This document shows positions 12,401 to 24,142 of a stretch of 49,246 bases of DNA, in pieces; the first letter of the stretch is position 1; each line of letters begins with the position of its first letter. Location of the stretch: contig QPGO01000108.1 in the NCBI GenBank assembly GCA_008632985.1, positions 1 to 49,246 on the forward strand, read 5' to 3'. The notes below the pieces were generated by a model that saw only the letters and a program-made list of their open reading frames with translations, did not search any database and was not told the DNA's origin. This stretch comes from Psammoneis japonica (lineage: Eukaryota). The position numbers and the translations under genes were made by a program.

Positions 12401-13497
12401 CAAATTTTTTAAAAATGGAGCTGACTTTTCAAGAGGCACCTTCACTGCATGGCAAGTGTGAGAAAACCAAATTTCAGTGCCTGGCTTGCAACTGACATTG
12501 ACCTCCACCCCCCCAGCCTCCAAAGGCATCAACAATCTTGTGTCTGAGTTCTTTTTGTCCGTCAATGTCACACGGGCACTTGGCTTTAAAAATGTGGGGG
12601 GGGGGTCAATTTTTGTGCACAGCAGCATGGGGCTGTTGAACCAGCAGCAAGTCAATGCTGCCAAAAAGAAATCTTGCAAAGCTTCCTGTTTCTTCATCAC
12701 ACTTGCCTTGGCTGCTTGTGCTGTGCTGTGGTTTCCCCCCAGAAGTTGACCAAACAAACTTCAAACTGACAATGCAGTGTTGGGCGCTGGGTGCCTGGTG
12801 ATGCCACTCACAAAATCACACATGCCAAATGATTTGCTCCAAAGAGTGAGATGAGCTGAGAGTTGAGAGAGAGAGATTGGCGACGATGAGTCAGAAACAA
12901 AAGCAGCCAACCATCTTCCACGTCAGTGTCCACAATTTCTTTTTTCTCACATGTCCACAATTTCTTCTTTCTCTCACATGTCCCGGTTTTCCTAAATTTC
13001 CCATCATTCCTGCAGTTCCAACACACTCCTGCCACTCTCATCAATGTTTGAGCTAAAAACAATCGGCATGTTGGAGTTTCTCCGCAAGGCAGGGACACGA
13101 ACGATGCACTCCTGGCCCAATGTCTACTCTACTAAAGCGCCACTGTTGTCGTCAATCACAGCACGCCGCCACTCCTCGGCACATTGTAACATTCATCTTC
13201 AACTTTGAATAAATTTAACATTCTCAACGCAGTCATGGTCATCGGAAGGGGGGCACAATATTTTTCAAAAGCACAGACACATCATACACCTGTGTAAAGA
13301 GGACACCTCCCAAAAAACTCTAGAGCTGGTAGACGTGCCTAAAATCTACACTTTTAACTTCATTCTCTCATGTTCAAGAGCAACATTTCTTTTTTAAAAT
13401 ATATTCAAGTCATTCCGTCAACCAACATGCAAAAAACACAAAGATCCCGTTAATTATTGTGGGACAAATTTCACACACAACATCTTTCCCCAGGCAT

Positions 13498-14685
13498 TTA
13501 AAAGCAGTGCAACTCGCGTTTGCAGCAGAGGCAAGTCGTCACCCTGCAGGATAATCCCGCTTGCTTCAAGTTCAAACCGTCATCACCACAAAAGGTGGAT
13601 GGAAAAAAGCTTCTCGTAAAGTTGTTGTTTTGTGAAAAGAAAATGGCTAAAACGAGATAAACAACAAGAAGAAAAAAGTCAGTACTGCGCAAACCACAAC
13701 TATTAAACAACACAGAAATAACAATCGATATTCACGTACACAAATTCCCTTCTCCCAAAATACTGGGAATGCTTCCGGTAAATTGGTTATTGTCCACATA
13801 GAGAATCGTCAAACGCGGAAGCTCACTGAGCGCAAGTCCCGGAAGCGGACCCGTAATAGCATTGCGCCGCACATCCAGGGCTTCCATGTCTTGAAAGAGT
13901 GCCAGTTCATTGGGCAATTGTCCCCCCAAATTGTTGCTGCGGAGCGAAATTTCCTTCATGTGTCCCGTAAAGACGTCACAAAACAAACCGTTCCAATCAC
14001 AAATGGAATCACCCTCGAGCCACAAACCTCCATTCGTCCAAGTCGTCGGACCACCCGTCGAGTAGTAGAGTGTGGCAGCCGCGTACCGCGTCACGAGTTC
14101 GGGATTGCCCGGACCGGGTTGCATGGGATCTTGATACAAGAGCCACGACATGGCTCGGGCATTGGGAGGAAAGTCGGTATTGTCGGAAATGCCTTCATAG
14201 TCCGATGCTAAATCCGGAAGTGTGTCGAGACTCGAGGCAATCGAGGGTTGTTGGGCAATGGCCTCTCGGACCGTGGCAAGCACCACGTCGGTGGGAGCCT
14301 TGGTGGGAGCAATGGTGGGAGGCGATGTGACGGGAGGTGGTTGAGGAGGATTGGTAATCAACTTGCCCTCGCCATCGTCCTTGCCTGTTACGAGGACAAC
14401 CACCACGACAATTACGCCAATAACGATTGCAATAATGAGTCCGAGCACAATGTAGATTTCCTTTTTCGACACGGATCCCCACTTGCCCGTCTCATGGACA
14501 TCCTTGAAGTTGGGATTAATCTCACGCTTGGACGGCGAAAGCTGGTCATCCAGCTGTGGTCGAAAGCTACTTTTGCCATTGGCTTGCTCTTCGTCTTGAA
14601 AATCTTCTTCCTGTTGCGATTCTTCTTCTTCGTACGACGACGAATCGTCGTCTGAATCGGGTTCAACCGGTTTTGCCTCTCTCAT
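13498..14685 (-). CDS. single-pass membrane LRR protein; exons 14685-13740 and 13646-13498
   Basis: Acidic N-terminus, hydrophobic TM segment (IYIVLGLIIAIVIGVIVVVVVLV), Pro/Thr stalk, LRR N-cap (RYAAATLYYSTGG..W..WL..ICDWNGLFC), LxLxxNxLxGxLP repeats. The GTACGT..TACTGAC..TTTTAG intron joins in frame to a Cys-rich tail (CRVTTCLCC..C). Confidence 0.85.
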
Positions 14686-15214
14686 CGTTTTTTGAAGATA
14701 TAAAATTCAAACTATTTACTGCCAAAAGAGTGCGTCACAGAATATATGATGTATGATGCAGCTCAATCGTTCAAAGTAGGTAAGTGAAGAAGCTTTGAGC
14801 TTATTTCCAAACTCACATCTCACACGACAGTGGTCACGTCTTCCTTTTTTCTTTTTTTGGTTTTGTGTAAAATCGTGCCAAAAGTCCCGTAAGGTAGAAT
14901 CGCGTATTATTCCTACGTGGGCTCGAGTATTTATGCCTATAATGACTTATCAACGGATGTTGCTGGTATTGAATATACAGAAGAAGAATTTATACCAGGA
15001 ATTGTGTTGGGCAGAATGACCACAGTCTTTTACGTTTTGGGGTCATGTGCTATCTGAAAAGAAGCATGCGTCCGTCCGCCGTCCCCATTTTCTGATGAGA
15101 GCTATTTCAGAGTGATAAAAAACAACCCGTATCCTTGCAGAAGTCTTTTTCTCGATTCTCGAGACACAGCAAAACATACCGCGCCGCAATAACAATTTTC
15201 AACAACAATAACAA

Positions 15215-16153
15215 ATGCCTGTAGCCATGGAAAAGGACGAAAAGATTGCATCCGCTCGTCGTCAACGAAACAATCTCTTGATTGCCGTGTTGCTATCGGC
15301 ACTCGTGACGGCAGGAATTATCTACAGCAGCGGCAACAAATCGTATTATCATGCCGAGTTGCAGCATCAAGAACAGCCCATTGAAGTTTTAAAACTGCCA
15401 CCGGTAGCAGCAGAACCAACCTTGCAAGAATTGGAACAAAAGGTGTCCGCGTTGGATCAAAAAGTTCGTGATCGTAAAGCCACACCGGGAGTTTTGATGG
15501 AAGTGGACGAACAGGGACTGAAACTGACTCGTGCGCTTCAAGACGCAACACGAGAATTGCTCGAAAAAAAGTACGGCAAGTTTGAAAACAAAAATTACCG
15601 TGTCAAGGTGGATTTGGAATTCCAACCCACCATTTCGGATTATACGACACGCGGTGCACACGATTCGATTGTGTTGGAAATGGCACCCATTGCGCTTCAA
15701 CCGCATTCGGTCTATACCTTTTTACAAGTAGCCGAACACTGGACGGCCGGTGCCTTTCATCGTCGTGCCGGACATGTGTTACAAGTCATGGTGAAACATC
15801 CGACGGTCAAACATTTGGCCTTTCAAGAGTATTCGGCACAATACCCACACGTCAAGGGAACCGTCGGCTATGCCGGACGGCCTTCGGGACCGGCGTGGTA
15901 TGTTTCCATTTTGGATAATACGCACAATCACGGACCGGGATCACAACAAGATAAGAATCCCTACGAAGCGGACTCGTGTTTTGGCCAAGTCGTGGAGGGA
16001 TTTGAATCCGTTGTGTTGGAACGAATCACCAAAATGGGTGGTGCCGAGGGAATGGGATTTATCAACGATCCCAAGCAACACGTGCTAATCAAGGGAATGC
16101 AAATTCTTGTTCCGAGTAGTGATGGAGACGATTATGTTGAGTGGAAACCATGA
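15215..16153 (+). CDS. membrane-anchored cyclophilin-like domain protein
   Basis: 312-aa ORF with an N-terminal TM segment and coiled coil, then PHSVYTFL..FHRRAGHVLQ..LAFQEYS..H.KGTVGYAGRPSGPAWYVS..DN..HGPG..CFGQVVEG. Confidence 0.8.
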   Translation: MPVAMEKDEKIASARRQRNNLLIAVLLSALVTAGIIYSSGNKSYYHAELQHQEQPIEVLKLPPVAAEPTLQELEQKVSALDQKVRDRKATPGVLMEVDEQGLKLTRALQDATRELLEKKYGKFENKNYRVKVDLEFQPTISDYTTRGAHDSIVLEMAPIALQPHSVYTFLQVAEHWTAGAFHRRAGHVLQVMVKHPTVKHLAFQEYSAQYPHVKGTVGYAGRPSGPAWYVSILDNTHNHGPGSQQDKNPYEADSCFGQVVEGFESVVLERITKMGGAEGMGFINDPKQHVLIKGMQILVPSSDGDDYVEWKP

Positions 16154-16521
16154 GAAGATTCATGTGAACGGTTGGTGGTGCAGATGAGATGTACACAAAA
16201 GTGAAGGTGTCAAGGATTGAATTTTGCGATAGAAACAAAGGACTACGAGTAATGCAATCTAGAGAGCTTCAATCGTGTTGTCAGCCTTTTTGATCTAGGA
16301 GCGACAGTATGATACCATTTTTTTAGCGCGGGCCGAAGAAAAACGTAAGTTTATCACAAGTTAGAGCAGACAATAAGCTTGAGAACCATGTGGTAGGATC
16401 GCAAAGAGAGGGGTGCACCGGAAACGGATTTTAGATGAGAAGGATTAGTTCCCTTCTTACAACTCATGTTTAAATATCGTTACTTTCATGCCCCATTCTT
16501 CTCTCTACAAAAATCATTTTT

Positions 16522-18342
16522 CTATTCCAAAAGCAATCCGGGCACTCCCTTGAGACCCATTTTCCCCACGGTTTTCTTCTGCAAGCGAGGTTGCTGCGTA
16601 AGACCAACGTCCTTGGCCCATTGATTGGCTTGCACCACCAGCTGTTCCTTGTTCCAATTGCATTTCTTCAAGTTGGAATTGTAGTATCCCAGCCACGCAC
16701 GGTAGGCTTGTTGGGCCGAAAGCGTCAGAGCCTTGTCGTTGGAAACCATGCCGAGCGCCTTTTGAACGACGGCTCTTGTCGACTCCTATGTGGGAGGAAC
16801 CTCGGTCGGTTCCAATGGCATATCCTTGAGTTCCTTATGAACCATGTGACGCTCTTCGTACGGAGCCAAAAGCAAAATGCCTCGTCCTTGCTTGCCGGCA
16901 CGGGCGGTTCTGCCGAGTCGATGAATGTACGGAGCACGTTCCGTCAAGCCCAGTTGGACAACCAAAGACACATCTGGATAGTCCATGCCACGGGCGGAAA
17001 CGTCACTGGTAAACAACACCGCATTCCGTTGGCTACGAAAGGCATCCGACGCCTTTTTACGGACTGCTTGCGACTTGCGGGAATGAATCTCCAACACCTT
17101 GACGCCTGTTTCCTTACTGACGGAATTAAAGAGTTCCGCCATGAAACCCGTAAGACGGGCAGTGGTGAAGAATACAATAATCTTGTATGGCTTCTTGTTG
17201 GACGTTTCGGTTGCTAACAGGTTGGCAAGAATTTCAACATGATGAGCATGAGGCGCAACCATGACTTGTTGCTTCACGTGCAAGTGTGTCTGTTCCTCGT
17301 TTTCGCCAACCGTATCGACATAATTGTACTTTGGGCGTAATGCAATCTTGGCAATTTCCGAGACTGACTTTGGTACGGTTGCGGAAAACAAAAGTGTTTG
17401 ACGTGTCGACTCGGACGGTTTGAGCGTTTTCAGAATGCGTTCAATGTCGGGGCGAAACCCCATGTCCAATAGCTGGTCGGCTTCATCCAAAATGAGCACC
17501 TGCAACTTTTCCATGCGCTGCGCCAAACCGGAGTTTTCCAAGTGATCCAATAGCCGTCCGGGAGTAGCAACAACAATCTGTACGCTCTTTTCTAGAGCAC
17601 GAGTATCCTTGTTGATATTGGTCCCACCCACGCAAGAAACAACGTTAAAGTTTTTGTGATACGTTAACAAGTTGGTTGCCTCTGTGGCAATCTGAAAGGC
17701 GAGTTCCCGAGTGGGAGAAATCACAAGAGAACAAACATCCATTGACTTGACTTGACCAGCCGCCAATTTCGTTTTAATCACCTCAACGGTAGGAATCAAA
17801 AAGCCAAGAGTTTTACCAGTACCGGTTTTCGCTTTCGCCAAACAGTCTCCCCCCTTGAGAATCACCGGTAACGTTTCCGCCTGAACAGCAGTCATAAACT
17901 CATACTTGAAAACTTGAGCCAACGCACGGCGACTCTCGGTACTGATACTGAGATCCTCAAATCGCTTATCAGTTATGTGGGCCTGTTGTGACTTTTCCGT
18001 AACAGCCACTTGTTCTGGTTCCTCTTCGGTAGCAGAATCTCCGCTCATCATGGGTGAGCTGCTCGTCGTATCGTCTTGATCCTTCTTCAACTCGTGCGAA
18101 AATCGACACTTGTCTCCACGAGAACACGTGCCCTTTTCGGCAAATTGAAAACAAATGTTGCTATTCTTGCTCGGTTTCGGCCTCTTTTGGTCGTGACTCT
18201 TGTCGTCGCCGAATGACTTTTTCCCTCGCTTGCGATAATAACGTCCTTTGCGTCTGTTATTGGACGACGATGGATCGTTCCTGTTGCTTACAGTGTTTCT
18301 TTGTGGCTTGTCAACGTCCATTTTGACAACACCGTCGGTCAT
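16522..18342 (-). CDS. CCCH zinc finger + DEAD-box RNA helicase (Mss116/plant RH25-31-like), one in-frame TAG at 16786-16788
   Basis: Motifs AKTGTGKT, PTRELA, TPGRL, DEAD, SAT, ARGMD and HRLGRTAR; CCCH finger CFQFAEKGTCSRGDKCRFSH. The family-type C-terminus YRAWLGYYNS..GKMGLKGVPG lies in frame beyond the TAG. Confidence 0.9.
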
Positions 18343-18893
18343 TTTCGTTTCGCAAAAGGCAACCTTGTGTTTTTCAAGAGACGCCCTCCCAACAAAATTA
18401 TGCGAAAGAATAATTGTGCGTTGACTTTTTTTTGAACCGGTGGCTTTTGTATTGTGTGGCTCGTCGTGCGTAGCGCGACGGAAACCAGACGCGCGAAAAC
18501 GTGTCACGAATCATCAGTCCTGAGTCATTGGACTTCCTGTCGAAAAGCTGAAGCGCTGGCTACTCTAGAGAGCTGAGGCCTAGACTCTACCGGCACGGTG
18601 GAGGGCCCGGCCACCAGCTAGAAGCACCTGACACACTGTACAGCATGTGTGCTCTCTTCAAGAGTTCTCTAACTGCTGCTTGCTCTGGAGAGGGCGACTG
18701 CAAAGCTGTGAATTGACGAGCTTGCCCAGGCACCACAGAGCTGCTCGGGTGTTCCAGCACCAGGTGACATGCAAAATGACAATTTCATTGATTCATGTGT
18801 TGACTGCACTCAAATGGGCTGCAACAGAAGCAAGTGGCACTTGCACCACAAAGAGTGAAGGACTTGATTGCATGGCAAGGAAAGGAAGTGGGG

Positions 18894-21550
18894 CGACGTG
18901 TTCCAGCTCTGGGTGGGACCTCGCACTGCTGGACTCCCACTGCTCGAGTGTGGGTGGGCCCAAGTAATTCTAAAAACCGTCAACGGCCGTCACCATGTAA
19001 TTTGGCAGCATTTTGGTGCTCTGCACATGAGGCATTTATGCAGAAATTACGTGCGCACAATCAACAGGGGAAGCGAGCGTGGAGAAGAGACGACGCGAGC
19101 GAAGCACGAGCAAAGAGACCAACAATGATGCAAGAGCCGCAGAGAGACGCAAAGACAGCAATCCAACGATGTTGCAAGAGGGCACAAAAGAGAGAAAAGA
19201 TCCATTTGAGTTGGCACCATGTCTTCAATAAAAAGAACAAAGCAAGACAACATTGGCATGCACAAAAACTTGCACAGAGAAGCACGGCACCAGCGCCTGA
19301 AAAATGACCACATCTGCGGTGACATGGAACAACACAAGGAGGTGAGAACATGCTTTTCTACAAATGCAAAGCAACAACGAGCAAACAACCAATGTAAACT
19401 CACCAGCAGGGTCAAAACTTGGGGTGCCTGGATCGTCAATGGCGGGCAGGGAGGACAGATGGAAGAGAGGCAGTCTGGTGGTTCCACGGAGCAGGACGAC
19501 AAAAGCAGGCGGCAAATCGGCATGAGCAATGGCAGAAAGTTGGCACTTGGGATCAAGTGACTGGTCCGGTCAATGCAAATCGTGGCAGCAGCTTGGAGAA
19601 CGGAGGCAGCGCCATGGTGGTGCGGCACAGACCGGGGAGAGAAGAAGTGCCGCGGCGGAACGGCACAGAACGGTGACAGAGCCAAAAATGGTGACGGCGA
19701 CGGTGCAGACCCGTGGACTTAGACATCCCCATGTTCAAGTCCCATGCATCAAGATGCGGGACAAGGAGGTTCAAGGTGAGCGCCATTGCGAACGAGAACG
19801 GGGAAAAAGACGCATGATTCCACGAGAATCAGAACTCACCACATTTTGAGTCATTCTGACCCATTCCAGAGCCAGGACTCCCTCACATGGCACGAACCAA
19901 TGGAGCACAACACTGTCAAGCAGGGTGGGGGTCGGGAGGCGGTGTCGCACTGGTCAAATCGGCCAAAAGCGCCATTGTCGGAGGGAGCGGTGGTTGTCGA
20001 TCGGCCGCTCGGAAAAATTATGAGCCATCAACTCGACCGCGCACCGTTCGGAGTCGCACAGAATTTCTCGGCACAAAATGTACACAAGTGTGCGTCAGCA
20101 CAAAAATTGTGTAGAAGGGTTGTAAGTAGAACCGTCACTGTCTCTCTGTAGACTGCGAGGATTCTGCCGTTAAACTGCACCAGCATGTGCAATTCTACGT
20201 GGTGGATTTGAATCAATCCCACCAACGTTTTTGAATTTCGATCGTAATAACGGTTTTGGGTGCTGTGATGAACACACATGCATGTTTGAATTAAATGTCA
20301 TGTAAAACATTTATAATTTTGAATGATTGCGCGACTGCCAGTCGGCACGAAAAACCGTCGCCAATGAGGAAACCTGCAGTGCAAAAGCACTCTTTTGCAA
20401 CACTTTGGTGCTTCAGTCTTGCACATGAAAGCGCTCCCCAAGTGGTCAACGGTCAAATTGCATGTGCAAAATCCTCACAGCGGGAGACCCCATGTGCGCT
20501 CCCGTGTGCACTCAACGCGCCTCGGTTACGACCTTCTCGTTGGGTTGCACAATGGCGAGAACGACCCACAGCTTGTCGTGTGGCCTTCTCGTCGGGCTAA
20601 AGCCCTCCTCGTCGTCCACCCTCCTCGCTGGGGTCGTTCTCGCCATTGTGCAACCCGCCTCGTCGGTCTCCACCTCGTTGCTTGGACCCTTCTCGTCGGG
20701 TTCGGCGGGGCCGAACCCTCCTCGTCGGGCTCCATAAGTGCACAGGGCGCGTGCCTGCAGAACTGTGACACAATTGTTTTTTGTCATCCGTCATGTGTTT
20801 CGCACGTGCATTTCTGCGTGTTCTGTTGTAAAAAATTGTTCCACACTCAGCGTTGTAAAATCGCTAACTCGACTGCAATCTTGTTCGCAACTCGATTGTG
20901 GATCGCGATCGAAACGATTGCAATCTGCTGATTGTTTGTCTGGCGCTGGTCACAAAGATCGCAATCGTGTTCGCGATCGATCGCGATCGATTCGTGTCTA
21001 AAATTTAGTCGTGAATCGGGATTTTCATCGCACACGGGACTAAAAATTGACCGAAACGTGGCATGCATTCACGAAAAATGCGTTCTTGCACAGAGGGCGC
21101 CCCTGAGTGGGGCGCGCGAATTCCGCACGGTGGCCAATCGCGATTGCAATCGATTGTCACACGTGGCAAGCGCGCGCGCATTGCGATCTTTCGATTGCTG
21201 TGAAGCCACATGCAATCGATGGTTGCAATCCGTGATTGTTGGGAGAAAGTTGACGATTTTATAATGCTGTCCACACTGCCTGTTTTGCGAAGCCAAAGGC
21301 TTTCTGTTGTCTGCACTTGTGTCAACAAAAATGCGCTGGGCACATTCTTTAATGTCTAAAGAATGCACCCGGGCATGCTGCAAAGAATGCACTTCAAGTG
21401 TGGAGGAGGAGATGCGTTCGCAAAATTGCCTCTTTTTCTGTTGGCGATCATTCATGTGTCCATTGCTTGACAATTTTACTGCGGAGCTCGCACGTAGAAT
21501 TCTGCGGGCCCAATGTCACAAAAAGTCCCACCTGGGGCTGGAACCTGTCT
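18894..21550. mobile_element. 2.66-kb non-autonomous member (D) of the TGACGYGTTCCAG-TIR family, 2-bp TSD GG
   Basis: Left end cGACGTGTTCCAGctctgggtgggacctcgcactgct and right end gcggagctcgcacgtagaattctgcgggcccaatgtcaca..gtcccacctggggCTGGAACctGTCt match the two ends of MITE B; GG on both flanks. Confidence 0.8.
20542..20656. repeat. perfect 26-bp inverted repeat with 63-bp spacer
   Basis: GGGTTGCACAATGGCGAGAACGACCC (20542-20567) and its exact reverse complement (20631-20656). Confidence 0.9.
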
Positions 21551-22291
21551 GGCATTGAAGACCGATTGGCAAGGACAAAAGTGGGCTGGAGAAGTGACGT
21601 GCAGATCGTCAGCAGCATCTGTGGATCCGCGTGGAATTTGCACTGGAACCTTTTGCAGAAAATTTTCTGAGACAATGGAAAATTGTGAGAAATGACAACC
21701 AGTGTGTGAACCAACCACCGCAACACTCGTCATTTTCATCAGAGGCCGCAATGTGGTGTTGTTCACTTTCCTTTGGAAAATTTGGATCATTTGTTTTGAC
21801 AATTGTGCACAAAAATTAGCGACAGTTCATTTGTTTTTTGACGGTCAATTTGCGCTTGTCATTGCCATTTTATGTTGGCAATTGTTGCCGTTTTATTTTG
21901 CTTTTAAGTTGCCAAAGAATTTCAATGAGCCCTTTGTTGTTGAACAATGCTTTTTGTTTTGATCAATTTTTCACACATTTGTGGAATCGTTGACTTTGAC
22001 AGTGCTTTTCACTGGCTTCACCGCAGCCTTGCGTCACCACAGACAATGGCATTTCTCCCTCACCCCAGTCGGCCACGCAATTGCCTGGAGGAACACTGTC
22101 TCATTGTTTCCACCTGCACGCTCCAGTTGTCCAGTCAACAGGCCCCTGCCTGCATTTTGGTGCCTTTTCTGCATGCGCAGTTCTCTGCCCATTTCACAGC
22201 AGCACACCCTCTCCCCAAAATGCTTTTGATGAGAGGGTGTGCTGTTGTGAATCCTGTGCATTCTGCGTGAATCGGCAACTGACTGTTGGCC

Positions 22292-24016
22292 ATGGCGTCC
22301 AATGACTTTACCCCGTCTGATGACGAGGTCGACCCTGACCCTTCTTTCCAAATTGCCGAGGACTTAAATTTTGATGAAGTGGAACATTTCACCAACGGCT
22401 TCGGATTCGAATTGTTCCAACCCAAGCTCAAAAGCACAACTGCAATGCGTGCCTTGAAAAAGAAGTTTTTGGAGTCGACGAATTGGACCCCCTCTCCAGA
22501 ATTCCTCGCTCTTCCCTTCCTTTGTCACAAGCCGAAGTTGTGCCGTGTTCCTTGTGTTGCCGAAGTTGTCCGCACCAATGATGTTGCAAGGAAAACCCTT
22601 GGCTATCCCGACATTTGGTCCCACATCATGACTCGTGGTTGGTCCATTGAGAAATCCCGCCGTGCAAAAGGCGAATGTGTCCTGCGACACAAAAATCTTG
22701 AGGAGGCTCTGCACTTCTCCAAAATGTCCGGAGAGACAGAAAAAGAACAGCACAACCGCACGCTTCTTCACCGCAACATCCAGGCGATGGTGGAATTTGT
22801 TCACACGATCATTGCCGGAGATGACCCAAATGATCCTTTGTCTGGCAAGCCTTGTTTCCGATTTTTACGGTGCAAAAGTCTCCAAAGTTTGATCAACGAT
22901 CGAGCCCAAGACCTCCACAGTGCCTGTTTTGTCACTGACATTGTCATGTGTTACGTTCAGTGCAAGCCCAAGGACATGGACTGTTGGTTCTTGAAGATTT
23001 TCCGTCACGTCAAAACCCAAAAGGAATGGCGCCTCTTTGTCAATGGCTTTCTGGCCATGTGCGATGCTGACGATCCTGGTGCCCAGGCGGGCAAGATCAA
23101 GGGGTTCCTTGACGACTCAACCGGCAACACAAAGAACACGGTGACAATGCAAGGCGATTCCCTTGCATGCCGTGAGGCTCATGAAGAAAAAATCAATTCC
23201 ATGTTGAATCACGAATTTGGGAAGCGTTGTCCCAAGGAGCAAATTGGCNNNNNNNNNNNNNNNNNNNNNNNNNNNNNNNNNNNNNNNNNNNNNNNNNNNN
23301 NNNNNNNNNNNNNNNNNNNNNNNNNNNNNNNNNNNNNNNNNNNNNNNNNNNNNNNNNNNNNNNNNNNNNNNNNNNNNNNNNNNNNNNNNNNNNNNNNNNN
23401 NNNNNNNNNNNNNNNNNNNNNNNNNNNNNNNNNNNNNNNNNNNNNNNGCCTGCATCTGTCCTCTCAATGTCTCTTCTCACACCCCATGACTGTTCACGAC
23501 CCACCAGAGCCTTCCTTGACCATTCCCAACAAGAAGGCCAAGCCTGCATCTCGCAACAAACAAGCCCCTCCATCACTTTCTGGCAATGTTCCGTCATCCA
23601 GGGAGGCACGCCAGACTCTCACCGCCGACCTTCCGTCACTCTCAGAAATTGTGGAAAACCTAAAACCTGCTTCTGCCTCCAAAGGTCCTTCGTCCAAACC
23701 TCATTCCTCTCCTCCTTCTGTTTCAGCCAATCCTCCCGCGGTTGCGTCTCCTCCTGGTGACCCTGGCGACATGTCGTGGCTGGACCTGTCCACACTCCGC
23801 GATCGCTTTGACCCGTCCAAGTGTCGACCCGTCACCACCGAGGAAGTTTCTTCTCATTTGTCACACCTGCACATCATTGACAAAGCCACCGACACTGATC
23901 GGGTGCTTCATCATTCTGCCACCGACTTTCACCTGGCGGACAACTTGCGGGAAAACTGGCACACATTCTCAAACAATGCGCCATCATGTGATTCCGCCAC
24001 CGCATCTCGTGTTTGA
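22292..24016 (+). pseudogene. hypermutated ORF of unknown function (probable transposon passenger)
   Basis: Long protein-like ORF with acidic start and Pro/Ser-rich linker, Tyr-poor, spanning the N gap 23249-23447; no family recognised. Confidence 0.5.
23249..23447. other. assembly gap (N run)
   Basis: Run of N. Confidence 1.
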
Positions 24017-24142
24017 ACCGAGTGCCCTCCTGACCTCGATCACTTCTCCGAGGAACTCTCCGTCGCCCGTCAGGCTAACTCTCTGCACAAGGGGCACTTC
24101 GGGTGCCTTCGTGCATGCATTCCCACCCTTCTTCTGTTTATT

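Larger units (their letters stand above)
5870..13200. other. TpA- and CpG-depleted nested repeat block
   Basis: TA is almost absent outside TA[AG]A/T[CT]TA contexts and outside the MITE; CG is rare; TG/CA is abundant. Edges are approximate. Confidence 0.85.

Noticed and set aside
5870..13200. Dozens of 60-240 aa ORFs on both strands as real genes
   Set aside because: They overlap in multiple frames, lack Tyr and recognisable motifs, and are explained by loss of TAA/TAG.
3893..16788. TAG reassignment (alternative genetic code)
   Set aside because: The helicase itself ends in TAG at the expected family C-terminus (..GVPGLLLE*), and other long genes have no internal TAG.
18343..18507. N-terminal extension of the helicase ORF
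   Set aside because: It starts at a non-ATG codon; the first ATG is at 18342.
20743..21105. hAT-like MITE with CAGGG ends
   Set aside because: Only a short imperfect inverted match and no 8-bp TSD.
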